NCBI GenBank assembly: GCA_963575745.1
Contig: CAUYUJ010000002.1
Span: forward strand, 1,488,001 to 1,552,000
Origin: Prorocentrum cordatum
Lineage: Eukaryota
DNA length: 64,000 nt
Reading direction: 5' to 3'
Shown in pieces: positions 29,026 through 40,500 of the stretch. Each line of letters begins with the position of its first letter. Positions within the stretch are counted from its first letter, which is position 1. Made by a program: the position numbers and the translations under genes. Under the pieces are notes generated by a model. It had not been told where the DNA came from, did not search any database, and saw only the letters and a program-made list of their open reading frames with translations.

Positions 29026-32000
29026 CTAGGACACCCGCTGCATCTTGACGGCCCTGCCCGCCATCTCGAGGAGGCCCGACGGCACGGACTCCTGGATCCC
29101 CAACTTCTTGATCTGCGCCAGCGGGTCCGTGCATTGCTTCCGCATCCTGCTCAAATCGGACTTGTCCGTGTTGGCCGCCACGTACGCCAAAATGCCACCG
29201 TAGTGCGCAGCCCTGGCCATGCGGAACAGCTTCTCACCAAGGTCGATTGCCGTCTTCGTCGGTCCCGAAACCACGTCGTAGAACTTGGCGGCTTTCACCA
29301 TCTGGCTGTGCTTGGAAACCAACTCGTCGAGCATCTTCTTCCGCTGCTCGGGCGAGTACGTGAAGATCGTGTCGCCAGCCGCAGTCACGCAATCCCCGAT
29401 GATGTCGGCGTTGGCAGCGGCAGCGTACCACATCGCACCGTCGGTACCCCCGCCTGCAATGTCCTCCCACTTGTTGGACGCCACATCGTCATCGAAGGCC
29501 TGCTTGTACATGCCCACCACTGCAGTGCTGATGAAAGTGATGTACGCTGGCGTGAGCTCGTCGTCAAGCATGCGCTTCATAGGGTCGGGCGCGCGCTCAT
29601 GCAGCTCGGACCTGATCGAGCTCATGGCCTTCGCAAGGCTGATTGCCTCCGCCATGAGATTAGCCCCAGCCTGCGTCACTGCAAGGTCCCTGTAGGCAGC
29701 GCGGTCCGTACCGAAGTGGTTCTCGAGTCTCTCGAGAAGGCGGGCCTGGTCGAGGGCAGCGCCCACGCATTTTTTCCACTGATCGTACCCCGTCGCCTGG
29801 ACCCAATTGAACCACGAAGCAATAGCATCGCCAATCGCATCCGCCAGGTTAGTAGTGAGGGTGCCTTCGTGCTTGTGGTGGTGGATCGCCTGCTCCACTA
29901 CAATGAACGCCTTGGCGATCACTCTCTGCTTGGCGCTTTCCTTCGTCGAGGGGTCGATGCCTGGGTAGACCTGCTGAGTGAACGTGACCGTCTTTGCCGC
30001 CATGAGGCGCCAGTCGCCACAAGAAGCAACGGCCTCGTGGGAGAAGAACAAGTCCAAGTCATTGAGGTAGGCCGCGGCAGCCTTACCAGTCTCCAGGACG
30101 GGGATGGCGTCGTTGATCTGCTTGAGGGTGTCCGCCCACTCGCCGCCGAACGAGAGGTGGCTGTGAACCGCAACGAACAAGGAGCGCTGGCACCCCCAGA
30201 AGCTATCGATGGCGGCGGAGGAGGATTTGTCCGAATCGATGTCACCGATCGCCCGCTTCACCTTGGCAGCCTCGTCATTCACCTTCGCACGAAAAAGGTC
30301 CTCGAGGATCTGCGCCGAGCCTGGCCGTGACTCCTTCATAAACGTGGAGAGCTCCTTCGCCATTGTGATCAAGCCATTCGTGGTCACGGCCTCACCAGCA
30401 CGCAACGTCGCAATCATGGTGTCGATCATCGGGCGGAGCTTCCGCGTTTGATCCATGTAAGGCTTGAGCTTGGTGACCATTTCCTTCGTAACAGTCTCTG
30501 TCCTCAATGCCGTCGCCAACTGAGTCCGCGGGTCCTTTATGTCACGTTTCGCATCGTTGCGAAGGAGGTCCAGGAAATCGCTCCAATGCTCCACTGGAGA
30601 AAGAGGGTCCATCAGGCAAGCGAGACCTCGAAGGCAAGTGAGGAGCTTGAGAACTGCTTCGACGGCGTCGTCCTCCATCTCCCCAGAATCGGTCCAACGC
30701 TCGATGACGTAGTTGATCATGGCCATGATATTCTGGTAATCCTTCTGGTCCACCAGCCGCGCCATGACGCAGCCTGCGATGAAATGCCGAGTGAAGAAGT
30801 CAATGAACATGAAGGACTTCTCCCTGATGGAACCATCGATCGTGTTGAGCGTGGGGGCCTTCGCGTTGAACTTGAACCTCTCGCCGTCTGCCTCCGTATC
30901 CTGCTGGGCTGCGCCCCCGGCGTCATCGCCAGCGCCGCCGCGCCTGCCCCAAGGCTCCACAACGTCCAAGAAGTGCGTCAACGTGTCGACCTTGCCGCTG
31001 ACAAGCAACGCCGCCGCGTCAGCGCACTCCCTGGTGAGCAGCTTCGTTTTGAAAGGCGTGGGGAAGTCCACCCCATGTTCAATCAGGTCACTCACGATCT
31101 TCTTAAGCCTCTCGATCGGCATGGTGTTCACGTGATCTTTCGGCTGGGATATCTCCTCCGCTAGCTTGCCCATGGCATAGTGCTGGTTGCAGGCGTTCAG
31201 TTCGTTCTTGAGGGTGGTGTCGGAGCTCTTGGCGTCGATCCAGTCTTTCAGCCTCCTGCGTTCCTTGCCCATCTTCTGACCCGAGAGGATGGCGACGATG
31301 TCGTACTTCATGATCGTGTGCTCCCACGCGCTCATGTCGCCAAGGTCGCCACATTGAGAATCTCCGTCGCCAGAGTCGCCGAGCGAGGTCCTCGATGTCC
31401 CATGGCTGATAGTCGACATGCCGCTGCCGAACCTTTGTTTGTTGATGCCCTTGTTGTCGGGCGTCCTCAGCTCCCCAGCCCCAGCGCCAGAGACGTGGCT
31501 GGTGACGTCCTGCACGTCGGGATCCTCATCGTCGCTAGCAGGAACTGGTGGCGGCGGCGACCCGTCGACCAACTGCTGTAGCTTCTTCTGCAGCTCCTTC
31601 ATTGTCAGCGCCGCAGCCATCCTCTTGCGATTAATATTCCACCCAGTGTTGCCCTTGTTCATCGCCTTGGTGACCATACCAGGCTGCTCTTTGCGGTAAT
31701 GCTTGCGCTTATCCAGCTTCGTCCGCTTGGTCGCAAGGGTCGACCTCTTGAAAAACCTGAAGCGCACGTACGGTTGGTTCAAATCCTTCATGAGCACGCC
31801 CTTGAACTTGTCGCCGTTGGGCCCCACGAGGTCTTGAATCTTGAGCCCTGCCTCCGACGGCTCGCGGCCCTGGGCGATCTCCTTGAACTGGGCGACGGTG
31901 AGGCCGACGCAGTCCTGTGATACCTCGACGCCAATGTCGCTGTCAGAGTCGATGCCAACCTCGTCGAAGTCCTTCACCTTCTCACCCCTCTTCACAACGG

Positions 32001-32376
32001 CACTCTCATCGAACCTCTCGTTCGTCTCCTCGTTATTGCGGCACTCCTTGCTCACATCCGAAAACGACCCTTCCACGGCCCACGAATCACGATGAACGGT
32101 GGCGCACTCGAGGCAGGCTGACCCGACGGGGACAGCGTTGCCATGCTCATCGGCCCCAGTCAAAGCCCACGGCTTCATGCTGCCAGGCGTGACACCACAC
32201 CGTTCGCACTTACAAGAGTTCCCCACTGGCTGGCGACCTCGGGTCGGCACCGACGGCCCCGATGCAGACTTGCTGGAGGCCGCCTTCTTCTTCTCTCTAG
32301 GCTGCCGTGGGGCTGACGAGCTGGCCTTCGACTCACAGTCACTAGACGGCTGGCGTTTCGCTTTCTTCCTGACCAT
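29026..32376 (-). CDS. Intronless 1,116-aa hypothetical protein: basic N-terminus, CxxC..CxxC/H Zn-finger-like motif, apparently helical C-terminus
   Basis: 3.35-kb uninterrupted, non-repetitive ORF with strong G/C third-position bias; likely start MVRKKAKRQ at 32376; CERCG...ACLECATVH. Confidence 0.85.
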   Translation of the reverse strand: MVRKKAKRQPSSDCESKASSSAPRQPREKKKAASSKSASGPSVPTRGRQPVGNSCKCERCGVTPGSMKPWALTGADEHGNAVPVGSACLECATVHRDSWAVEGSFSDVSKECRNNEETNERFDESAVVKRGEKVKDFDEVGIDSDSDIGVEVSQDCVGLTVAQFKEIAQGREPSEAGLKIQDLVGPNGDKFKGVLMKDLNQPYVRFRFFKRSTLATKRTKLDKRKHYRKEQPGMVTKAMNKGNTGWNINRKRMAAALTMKELQKKLQQLVDGSPPPPVPASDDEDPDVQDVTSHVSGAGAGELRTPDNKGINKQRFGSGMSTISHGTSRTSLGDSGDGDSQCGDLGDMSAWEHTIMKYDIVAILSGQKMGKERRRLKDWIDAKSSDTTLKNELNACNQHYAMGKLAEEISQPKDHVNTMPIERLKKIVSDLIEHGVDFPTPFKTKLLTRECADAAALLVSGKVDTLTHFLDVVEPWGRRGGAGDDAGGAAQQDTEADGERFKFNAKAPTLNTIDGSIREKSFMFIDFFTRHFIAGCVMARLVDQKDYQNIMAMINYVIERWTDSGEMEDDAVEAVLKLLTCLRGLACLMDPLSPVEHWSDFLDLLRNDAKRDIKDPRTQLATALRTETVTKEMVTKLKPYMDQTRKLRPMIDTMIATLRAGEAVTTNGLITMAKELSTFMKESRPGSAQILEDLFRAKVNDEAAKVKRAIGDIDSDKSSSAAIDSFWGCQRSLFVAVHSHLSFGGEWADTLKQINDAIPVLETGKAAAAYLNDLDLFFSHEAVASCGDWRLMAAKTVTFTQQVYPGIDPSTKESAKQRVIAKAFIVVEQAIHHHKHEGTLTTNLADAIGDAIASWFNWVQATGYDQWKKCVGAALDQARLLERLENHFGTDRAAYRDLAVTQAGANLMAEAISLAKAMSSIRSELHERAPDPMKRMLDDELTPAYITFISTAVVGMYKQAFDDDVASNKWEDIAGGGTDGAMWYAAAANADIIGDCVTAAGDTIFTYSPEQRKKMLDELVSKHSQMVKAAKFYDVVSGPTKTAIDLGEKLFRMARAAHYGGILAYVAANTDKSDLSRMRKQCTDPLAQIKKLGIQESVPSGLLEMAGRAVKMQRVS

Positions 32377-33503
32377 CGCAAGGAAGGGCGCGCCCGCTGG
32401 AGGCCGACCCGCCAAGTGCAGTGCAAAGTGCAGGTGGCACTGCAAGCCTCACATCTGGAACCTTCTAGAGCCCACATGCCTACGGCGAGCGATGGCGAGG
32501 GCAATGCCAGCTCCAAGTGGAACGCCGCCTCCTGGAACCGATTGGCCAGTCCAGGCCCACCCTTCGCGTGCACCAGACCCCACCCCCCCTGGCTAAACAG
32601 TCTTGGGCCCTTCTCATCAGCCCCCTATTGGTCTCGATAGCCTGGGCCTTCCCCAGACGGCCCCGACGCGGCCTATTGCTAGGAGCCCGACAGACGGCTC
32701 TAGATGACACAATACGGCTGCACCCCAGAGCCTACGGATAGCAACGACACCATCGCGCCGTCGGATCGTTTCTGGATGGGCTCTCTTAGGTATGTTGGAT
32801 CGTTTCTGGATGGGCAGCACCTGCGGTCATGGCAACTCCCTTGGATCGTTTCTGGATGGGCGGGTCAGGGGGGGGGGCGAAGCGCTCGAGATCACTAGAA
32901 CGACGCTGTTCGCAACCGCCTGCCCCCCTTTGATGTTTACGTTCTGGGGCATGCGTTGTTCGGGTTGTGGGGTTGGGGCGCCACGCCCTCGAGAGAAGCA
33001 TCGGGGCGAACGCTCTCTGCGGGTGACCCTGGGTGGCTGAGGGGGCGGATGGAGGGGGGAGATGCGGGGGGGAAGCGGGGAGGTGAGCTTGAGGGGGGCA
33101 GATCGCGCCCAGCCGACTGGGATGGCGGAAGAGGCCTGGGGGGAGGGACGAGGGAGGAGGAGAAGGCGGGAGGGACATGGCGGCGAGAAGGGCGGCAGGA
33201 TTGAGGGCGGGGACAGGCAGAATACAAGTGACGCCATGTGCAAAAATAATGCGTTTGATCAAAGTACTCTGGTTGAAGCTGCTGGCCGATGGCGGACCAT
33301 GCCGTCTCCCCTACACGCTGCGCTCTCTGGCGGCCACAACGTGCAATTGCTGCAACACCTGAAGCAGCGATCGGCATGGCGATTGCAACACGAACTGTAA
33401 AACCACCTATGTGCCGCCCGCGCGTGGTCGGCGACCTCGCGCGCTCGAGAGGCTGGCGCGTGCTGCCCAAAGTGCGGCTCTCAAACTGGCCACGCTCGAC
33501 TCA

Positions 33504-34274
33504 TCAGCTAGAGGGCGCAGGGCTGCCAAAGGCCGATGCCGCGTCTGACGACGCAGAGCTCGAGGGCGCACCCGCGTCGCCGCGCCTGACCGAGCTCGGG
33601 GACGACGGGCCCGTGGCGGAGACAGGAAGCACCACGGCGTCGGCGGCCTGCGCGTCAGCGTCTGGGCCCAGCAGCTCGCCGTCTGCAGCCACGATGACCT
33701 TCGGCGACGTGTCCACCGTGCTCATGGTCTTCACGATGTAAGACCTCTTGATGGTGACCTCTGGGCGGACGATGCGGAGGTAGTCGCTGTGAACCTTCGC
33801 CGATCTCGAGTGCTTGCGCACCACGTTCAGCTCTTCCTTGGTGCCAGGGGGGCCCGTCTGAACCATGCTGCTGGTGAGCCAACTCGGGAACTTGACCTCC
33901 TTGTGTGAGATCAGGAGCTTCGCAACCTCGTTCGGCAACTGCTGCAAGGCACTGGCAATCTTTGCGGGCGGCACTCCGACATGTTCCCCAAGCTCGACGG
34001 ACAAGAGCTTGATGTAGTTCGGCCGCTCCCGCTCCCGTGGGATCGGCTGCACCCTCGGGTTCGGCAACTGCCCTTCGCCGCCACCGACTGCACTGGCACT
34101 GCCACCGCCAAGGCCACTGGACGCCGCGTCTGGATGACGACAGATGTCGCCCACCACGAGGCCCTCCGACATCGAGTCATCCACGGCCATGGGTGCCGTC
34201 TCGGCCGCGGGCTGGGAGTCCCCAGAGTACCCGCCGACCTGCTGCCGATTGAACTCGTTCTTGTCCAGCGGCAT
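33504..34274 (-). CDS. 256-aa hypothetical protein with a possible HU/IHF-like (histone-like protein) core
   Basis: GC3-biased ORF from MPLDKNEF; central YIKLLSVELGEHVGVPPAKIASALQQLPNEVAKLLISHKEVKFPSWLT..IVRPEVTIKRSY resembles the HU helix-helix-strand pattern; low-complexity flanks. Confidence 0.6.
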   Translation of the reverse strand: MPLDKNEFNRQQVGGYSGDSQPAAETAPMAVDDSMSEGLVVGDICRHPDAASSGLGGGSASAVGGGEGQLPNPRVQPIPRERERPNYIKLLSVELGEHVGVPPAKIASALQQLPNEVAKLLISHKEVKFPSWLTSSMVQTGPPGTKEELNVVRKHSRSAKVHSDYLRIVRPEVTIKRSYIVKTMSTVDTSPKVIVAADGELLGPDADAQAADAVVLPVSATGPSSPSSVRRGDAGAPSSSASSDAASAFGSPAPSS

Positions 34275-34557
34275 CGCCGCGGTCTGCGCAGTCGCAGGCT
34301 CGAGACCGGATGGCCTCAAGAATGCCCTGGCGCGCGTACGAGTGCGTGCACAGCTGCTGCTGAGGCCTGGAAGGTCTGAGCAACAAATGGCAATGACGAG
34401 GAAGAGGTTGGAATGAGCCTAAGCATAATCAGCAACTCATGCCTCTCTCCACATCTAGCGCTGAGCCCTCGGAGTCAAGCGGACACACGGGGCTGGGGTC
34501 CAGCGCGATGGGGGCCCGTGGCGATGGTTCCAGGACTGGGCCCACCGCTGTTATATT

Positions 34558-34980
34558 TGTTGGGCTCCTAGCTGGTATGTTATTGCTAGTGCGTGGTTGG
34601 GACACCCAACCGACACACGTTTTGAACTCCCTCCTGGTATGTGTTGTAGGTACGCCCCCAACTGCTGATCTGTGTATTAGACTCCCAGATGGTCTGTTAT
34701 CGCTGGCATGTGATTTGGACTCCTAGCTGGCATATGCAATTTAATTGGCTCCCAACTGGTATGTTATCGCTGGTATGTTACGTTGGACTCCCAGCTGATA
34801 TGTGTTTGGGGCTCCTGGTACATGGTTTGGGGCTCCCAGCAGGCATGTGCTTTGATCTCCCAGCTGGTATGCTCTCGGGGGCACGTTTGGGATCCCAGCT
34901 GGCGTGTGTTTGGGGCTCTCCCAGCTGGAAGCGCTTCGGGCTCCCAGCTGGCATGTGCGTTGTACTTCTAGCTGGTATGT
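34558..34980. repeat. Degenerate ~25-30-bp tandem repeat
   Basis: GGGCTCCCAGCTGG(C/T)ATGT recurring. Confidence 0.8.
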
Positions 34981-35238
34981 AATCTGGGTAGCCCAACACC
35001 TGCCAACAACCATGCAACGATACGACTGCCATGACATTTCTTGTTTTGCGAAGGCGTGCCCAAACGGCAGCCTTTCAACGCGCAGTGAGGCTGCAGAACT
35101 GCGCAACTGCGACGGGAATCATCGCATCACGAAGCGGGAACGGCTGAGCTGGGGAGGCCAGAGAGGCCATGCGGCCTGAATTGGAGAGCGTCGAACCGAC
35201 CAACGCTGACCTACCTAGAGAGCAGGGTGACAACGTCC

Positions 35239-35949
35239 TTAAAGCAAGGCAGCATCCGAATTGGCCGAATGACCTGGCATGGCACCGACCGCATGCTCCA
35301 ACGACGGTTGCCTCCAAGCTGGAATCCAGATTGCCGCCTTGAAGAGGCCGCCAGGTAGCTGCAGGAGTACAGGAAGCATGGGCTTGGCCGAATCGACGAA
35401 CCCGAACTCAGTTTCCTCTGTCTCGCACTGGCGGTGGGGGTACAAGAAACCCATGCCATATATGTCAGTCAAGGGCCTGTAGCACGAAGGCTGCGCACCG
35501 CGTTGGCCAAGCGGGCTCAGCCTGGGCGTCTCTCCAGACATCCAAAGAAGAACCATATTTTGGCAAATCCCAACAGCGATAGGGTGCTTCTCTGCGCCGA
35601 CGAGCCGCAAGGCGGCGAAGGAATTGCGGTACTCCTGGGGATAGCGCTGCTCGTTCTCATCGGCTGCCTCCACGAGCGAGTCCAGCATCGCGTGGGCGAT
35701 ATCAAGGCTAACACCATGAATGCAGTCCGCGTTGCCGTCACTTATGCTGCCATACGTGGCGGTGGTGATGAGCCCAGAGGGCTCTGGCATAGCGGGCGCA
35801 CCTGCTGCTGCAACTGGTGGTGTTGCTCGACACCATGGCTGATCTGCTCGTGTCGCCGCGGCGAATCCCAGACTGTCCAGGCTGCGCGCCGTCGGCGGCG
35901 CGCTGCCGCTGGGCGTCCGGGTAAGTAGGGGATCCCACAAGGAGAACAT
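35239..35949 (-). CDS. Hypothetical protein (~236 aa) inside the TIR element
   Basis: Non-repetitive ORF with protein-like composition, same strand as the neighbouring element genes; no recognised motif. Confidence 0.45.
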   Translation of the reverse strand: MFSLWDPLLTRTPSGSAPPTARSLDSLGFAAATRADQPWCRATPPVAAAGAPAMPEPSGLITTATYGSISDGNADCIHGVSLDIAHAMLDSLVEAADENEQRYPQEYRNSFAALRLVGAEKHPIAVGICQNMVLLWMSGETPRLSPLGQRGAQPSCYRPLTDIYGMGFLYPHRQCETEETEFGFVDSAKPMLPVLLQLPGGLFKAAIWIPAWRQPSLEHAVGAMPGHSANSDAALL

Positions 35950-38900
35950 ATGTAATATCTTGGGCCAAAGAGGCTACGGATGAAAACTGATGCTCTAAAT
36001 CAAACCCAGACACGTGCAAATATTGGCTTCTGCATTTTGGAACCCACCGCGTCTCCACAAGACGCCCTGCCCGCCAGGTCGTGAGACCCGAACCTGCTGC
36101 CCTCCGCCCCCCCCCCAGATACAAGACAAGGCCACGCAGGCGCCCTCTGGACCTAACGCAACTAATTGCGATGGCGCCGATTTAAACCCTGGGAGGTTGA
36201 TGGCGTCGCCAGCGACCACGGAACGCCGATTACAACTCGGCCGCATGGACAACCATATGCCGCATGCCGTTTAACGGTTGTAGCACGCTGCGGCGCAATC
36301 AAGCAAACCTAAGGCGATCGCGAAGAAGTCTTTCGCGCCGCATGAGCACAACGACCCGCGAGCCGCATAACGCGCACGACCGACCGTGCTAAGGGAACTG
36401 CGAAACGATTTTAAATCGTTGCATTCACTGCGCGCATCTCGCGAAAGCAGCGGGAGCTTCGCAATTCACAACCCCAACAGGAACACGGCGATGCCTCATG
36501 TGCATCACCCCAAGGCAACACTGCGTTGCCCATTCCAACGGCTCAAAAAAGCTGCGCCAAAACCCGCACTTCGCAAACCCGAGGAGCAGCCTCAGTATGA
36601 CTGATGCACGGCCTACCGCGCAGGCCGCGGGCATAATACAACGACGCAATCCCAGGAACGGCCCGTGGACCGCGCATCTAAGGGCCGCGCGCAGCAATGC
36701 GATGCGCGCTGTGACTCGCAACCCTTCAGGGCGCAGCTTACGCGCATGAAATAAGGGCCGCGCACGGCCCGTGGGGAGCTGCCAAACGCGGCATGTTTGT
36801 TTTATGTTGCCGCGTCGCGCCCCCACCGTGAGCGCGAAGAAATTATGTTCAGGCGCCGCGGCGCGGCCAACGAGAGCTACCATTTCCATGCCGCATTGCA
36901 GCGCGTGCGCCACCTTCACGAGCGCCAGAAGGCAATTCCCACCCGCGCGCAAGTCTCGGCGCCATGTTCGGCCCCGCGCAGCGTTGTGCCTAAGCTCCTG
37001 CAGAACTGCAACGGCCTATGGCGACCACCTGGCGCGCCGCCCGAATCGCCGTGTGCGCTATGGCATCGCATAAAAAGCCGCGTAAACAAACGCGCTCGCG
37101 AAGGCGTCACCCCCGCGCACGCTGAGAACGACTCCAACGCCCCGCCGCGGCGCACAACTCGACTCACCTCAACCCCTTGCCAGGCACCCCGACGGGGGGG
37201 TGCTAGCAGCTACCATGGCCCGTCCACATCTATGACATCAGCCGCCGCTGGCGCGAAACCCCGCGACGCCAGCGCAGCGACCAGCTGAGGGCGCGCCGCG
37301 CGGGATGATCGCGCGGCGGTGTTCGACGCCGCGCGATGTCAGAGCTATTCCGCGCCTTAACCGCAAATATCCAGTGAGTCTCGCTGGCGCCGCTGGCGTT
37401 CCGAGGGCGCAACTGGTGGCGCCGCAGCAAGTTACCCTATAACATCGGTGTCGTGTTTGCGCTGCGGCCGCCGAAAGTAGCGGACCCAGCTCTGGGCTCG
37501 GCGCGATGGTCAGCCTTGCAGGCCGCCGCGCCAGAGCCCCTACTTGGAATATTCTGGGCGCGCGCAGTTCTGTCGCGGTACCGTCAACATGTATGCCTCT
37601 GTGGGCGCCGCCGAAGAGTTCGCGTCAGTGCAATGCTGCGGCAGGACGACCGCGGCGTCGCGCAAGGGCACCGCATAGCCCAGAAGACCTCAGCCGCTTG
37701 CCCAGGGAACCCAACTGCCATTTGCACGAACACGCCGCTCGTGGACACATTCAACAGCAGCAGAGCTCTCTAAAGACACATCAGAACAAAGAACGCAGCG
37801 GACGCATCAATCGTGCACCCCTCCCGCCCCCCCCCCCCCCCCTGCCGCCATGCCGCTGCAAATGGCGTCTCCCGCCGCCCGATCGGACGGCGCGAACGTC
37901 GGCTTGGCCCCGCTCTCCATCACGCAAGAAAGCGCAACAAAACCCGACATGCCGTGACGCGCCGCCAGCGCATTCACTAGACTAGGGCACCATGCGTTCG
38001 AGCGCATTGCCCACGCGCCGCAGCATCCCCACCACGCCCAGCCCAGCCCACTCCGCCCCCCCCCCCCGCGCCCTCCTCCCCACCCCCCAGCCACCCGCCC
38101 CGCCTCGCGCCACCTCTACCCCGCGCCCGCACCCAACTCCCTTCAGAACGTCGCCAGGCTCGCGCAGAACTGGAACGCCGCCGAATTTGACCCCCCCTCC
38201 CTCCTGCCCCGTCCTCTTCCAGGCACGACAAGCATTCGTACGTGGCCCGCGCCCTGCAAGAGCAACGCAATGCTTTGCCTTGCACGAGAACCGATGCCCT
38301 GGGCCCGATGGCGGCGATGCATGGTGCCGCGCGGCTGCTTTTTTTCTTTTTTTTGTATTTGCTTTAGTTTGTTTCTTTGCTAACTTATGTCTTGGGTTAT
38401 TTACTGTCTTCCTTTTGTTTTTAATTTTGCTTGCTTATTCTTTGCTGCTGCTTTGTTATTTAATGTGTTTATTTTTTTTTATATTTACCTGATTGCTTCG
38501 CTTTTTCTTTTTTCTTCTTTTCTTGTTTTTTTTGCTTATATTATGCCTGTTGCCGCGCCCCGCGCAAAGTCTGCGCCGTCGGCGAGCGTGCCGTCGTCGA
38601 GACGCGTCGGCGGCCATGGTAGCGGCGACGGGCACGCGGGCGCGACGGCTCGGGCGGCACGGCGCGCGAACGCGACGGCGCCCGCGGCGACGGCTGCACC
38701 GCGGCGCGCGCGCGCGCGGCGCGCGCCCAGGATGGCGCCCAAGCTAACGGATGAACTTGCGCGCGCGATGCCCGAGCCGACGGCGCGCGGCGCAACGCGA
38801 CGCCCGCGCGCGCAGGCGGGTGACACAGCCGCGCCTTCAAGCCCACATCGCGCGACGCGCCCGTCCACCCCCCCGCGCCCTGCCCCCCCCCCCATGTAGA

Positions 38901-38980
38901 TCGCGCGCGGGTGCACCCCCCCCCACCCCCCCCACCCTCCTATAGATTGCGCACAGAAAAGGCAGAGGCGCGGCGCGCCT

Positions 38981-39153
38981 CTATGTTTTGCCTATCTGCG
39001 GCCTATGTTTTGTCAATGTTTTGTCAATGTTTTGCCAATGTTTTGTCAATGTTTTTCTATGATTTTTCTATGTTTGGTCTATGATTTGCCTATCGATAGG
39101 CAAAACATAGGCAAAACATAGGCAAAACATAGGCAAAACATAGACAAAACATT
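38981..39153. repeat. Internal inverted array of the 11-bp TIR motif (CTATGTTTTGC / GCAAAACATAG) around a perfect palindrome
   Basis: About 9-10 degenerate copies in one orientation, then about 5 in the other, flipping at TTTGCCTATC|GATAGGCAAA (39085-39104). Confidence 0.9.
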
Positions 39154-39986
39154 GAACGCGAACTTGGTGCGCGACCGCTCGCCTCCAACTTTTTCAGCAC
39201 CCAAACATTGATGGCTGCGCGCGCCTCCAATGATCACGCGCAGTGCCGATAGGCAGGCGAGCGCGCCCGCAATCGTGGTCGCCGCCGCCAGCGCGGCCCC
39301 AAGACGCGCGCCAACTCAACAAGGCGCGGTCGCATCGGCGACGACGCACATTCGCCCCCCCCCCGCCCCCTCCCCCCCCGCCCACCTTGGCAGCGCGCCC
39401 GCAGACCGCCAGGCGAACCCAAGCGATTCCCCGATGAACCCCGCCGCGGCAGACGAATCTTCGGGCCGAGCGAACGCAAGAGGCCGAACACCGCAGCGCA
39501 AAACGGCGCTGCTGCTCTTCGCGCGGACATCGGCTTCACGACAGCCCGACCGCCACCGACCGTTGTTTGCGCCCTTCTGCGCGCAATCGCGCGCGCCGCC
39601 CAGGGCCACCGCGCGCGAAGGTCAGCTGCGGGCCGCTCCTTCGCCCTTCCTCTTGCACATCTGCGTCGGCCGACCGCCAGCCAGCAATCACTTCGCAGCG
39701 CGGGCCGCCCATGCAACGCATGGCTGCAGCGCGCGCGAACGCAGCGCGCACTGCCGACCACATCGGGCGCGCGCCGCGAGCGGCGCCAACGCGCTGCGGC
39801 GCCGCCCCGAGAATCACCAATCACCCATGTCAGCTGAGCGGGGCTATGACTGGGCAAGGAGAGGACGAAACTGATGTTAGGGGATGTGGAGATAGAGCTT
39901 GCGCGGCCAGCCTTGGGTCATAGAGCAGAGGGCTGTGAACGGGACGTTCGCGGGCAGCGCACGCACCTTTTTTTTCGGTATACCCA

Positions 39987-40500
39987 CTACGGGTTGACCG
40001 CGACAGCGGCAGCGCCGAAGGTGTCGCACGCGCGCGCGTCTTCTCTTTCGGGGCATGGGGGAGGGCAGACGTAAAGCGAACCTACTCTGCTGGCCGCATG
40101 TGGCCTATTCTTCGCAGCCTTGGGCTCGACCCTGGGAACCGCATCTTGTGCTGCGGGAAGCGGTGCTGCCTTGTCGCCCTTGTGCTTCATTACCTCTTTT
40201 GCGATAGCCGAAATCCATGGCGCCTTCTTCTGCGCGGCCACCAATGTGCTGCGCAAGCTCAATGCGACGCTCACCTTCTGGCTCCACGATTTCAGTTCCG
40301 AAGCGTACATGCGATTGCAATGCTTTCTCGCAACCATCGCGGGCTCAACTACCTCATTGTTTTGTGACGGAGTCCTGCTCATCGCGGGTAAGCAGACATT
40401 CCAGGACTTCAATGTATGTATCCTGGATGGCGCAGCTCGGCTGATTCATTCCTACGCGTCGCGCGCAAGGCTGAACGACTTCTTCGAACTCCGAGGAAGA
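39987..40500 (-). pseudogene. Possible small or frameshifted hypothetical gene
   Basis: ORFs 39987-40412 and 40354-40551 overlap in different frames within a lower-GC, coding-looking island. Confidence 0.3.

Noticed and set aside
28846..30330. 494-aa plus-strand ORF
   Set aside because: Antisense shadow of the GC3-biased 1,116-aa gene
36300..37800. Additional cargo genes, including a TET/JBP-type dioxygenase as found with KDZ transposons
   Set aside because: Only short ORFs with no recognisable motif; decayed coding sequence cannot be excluded
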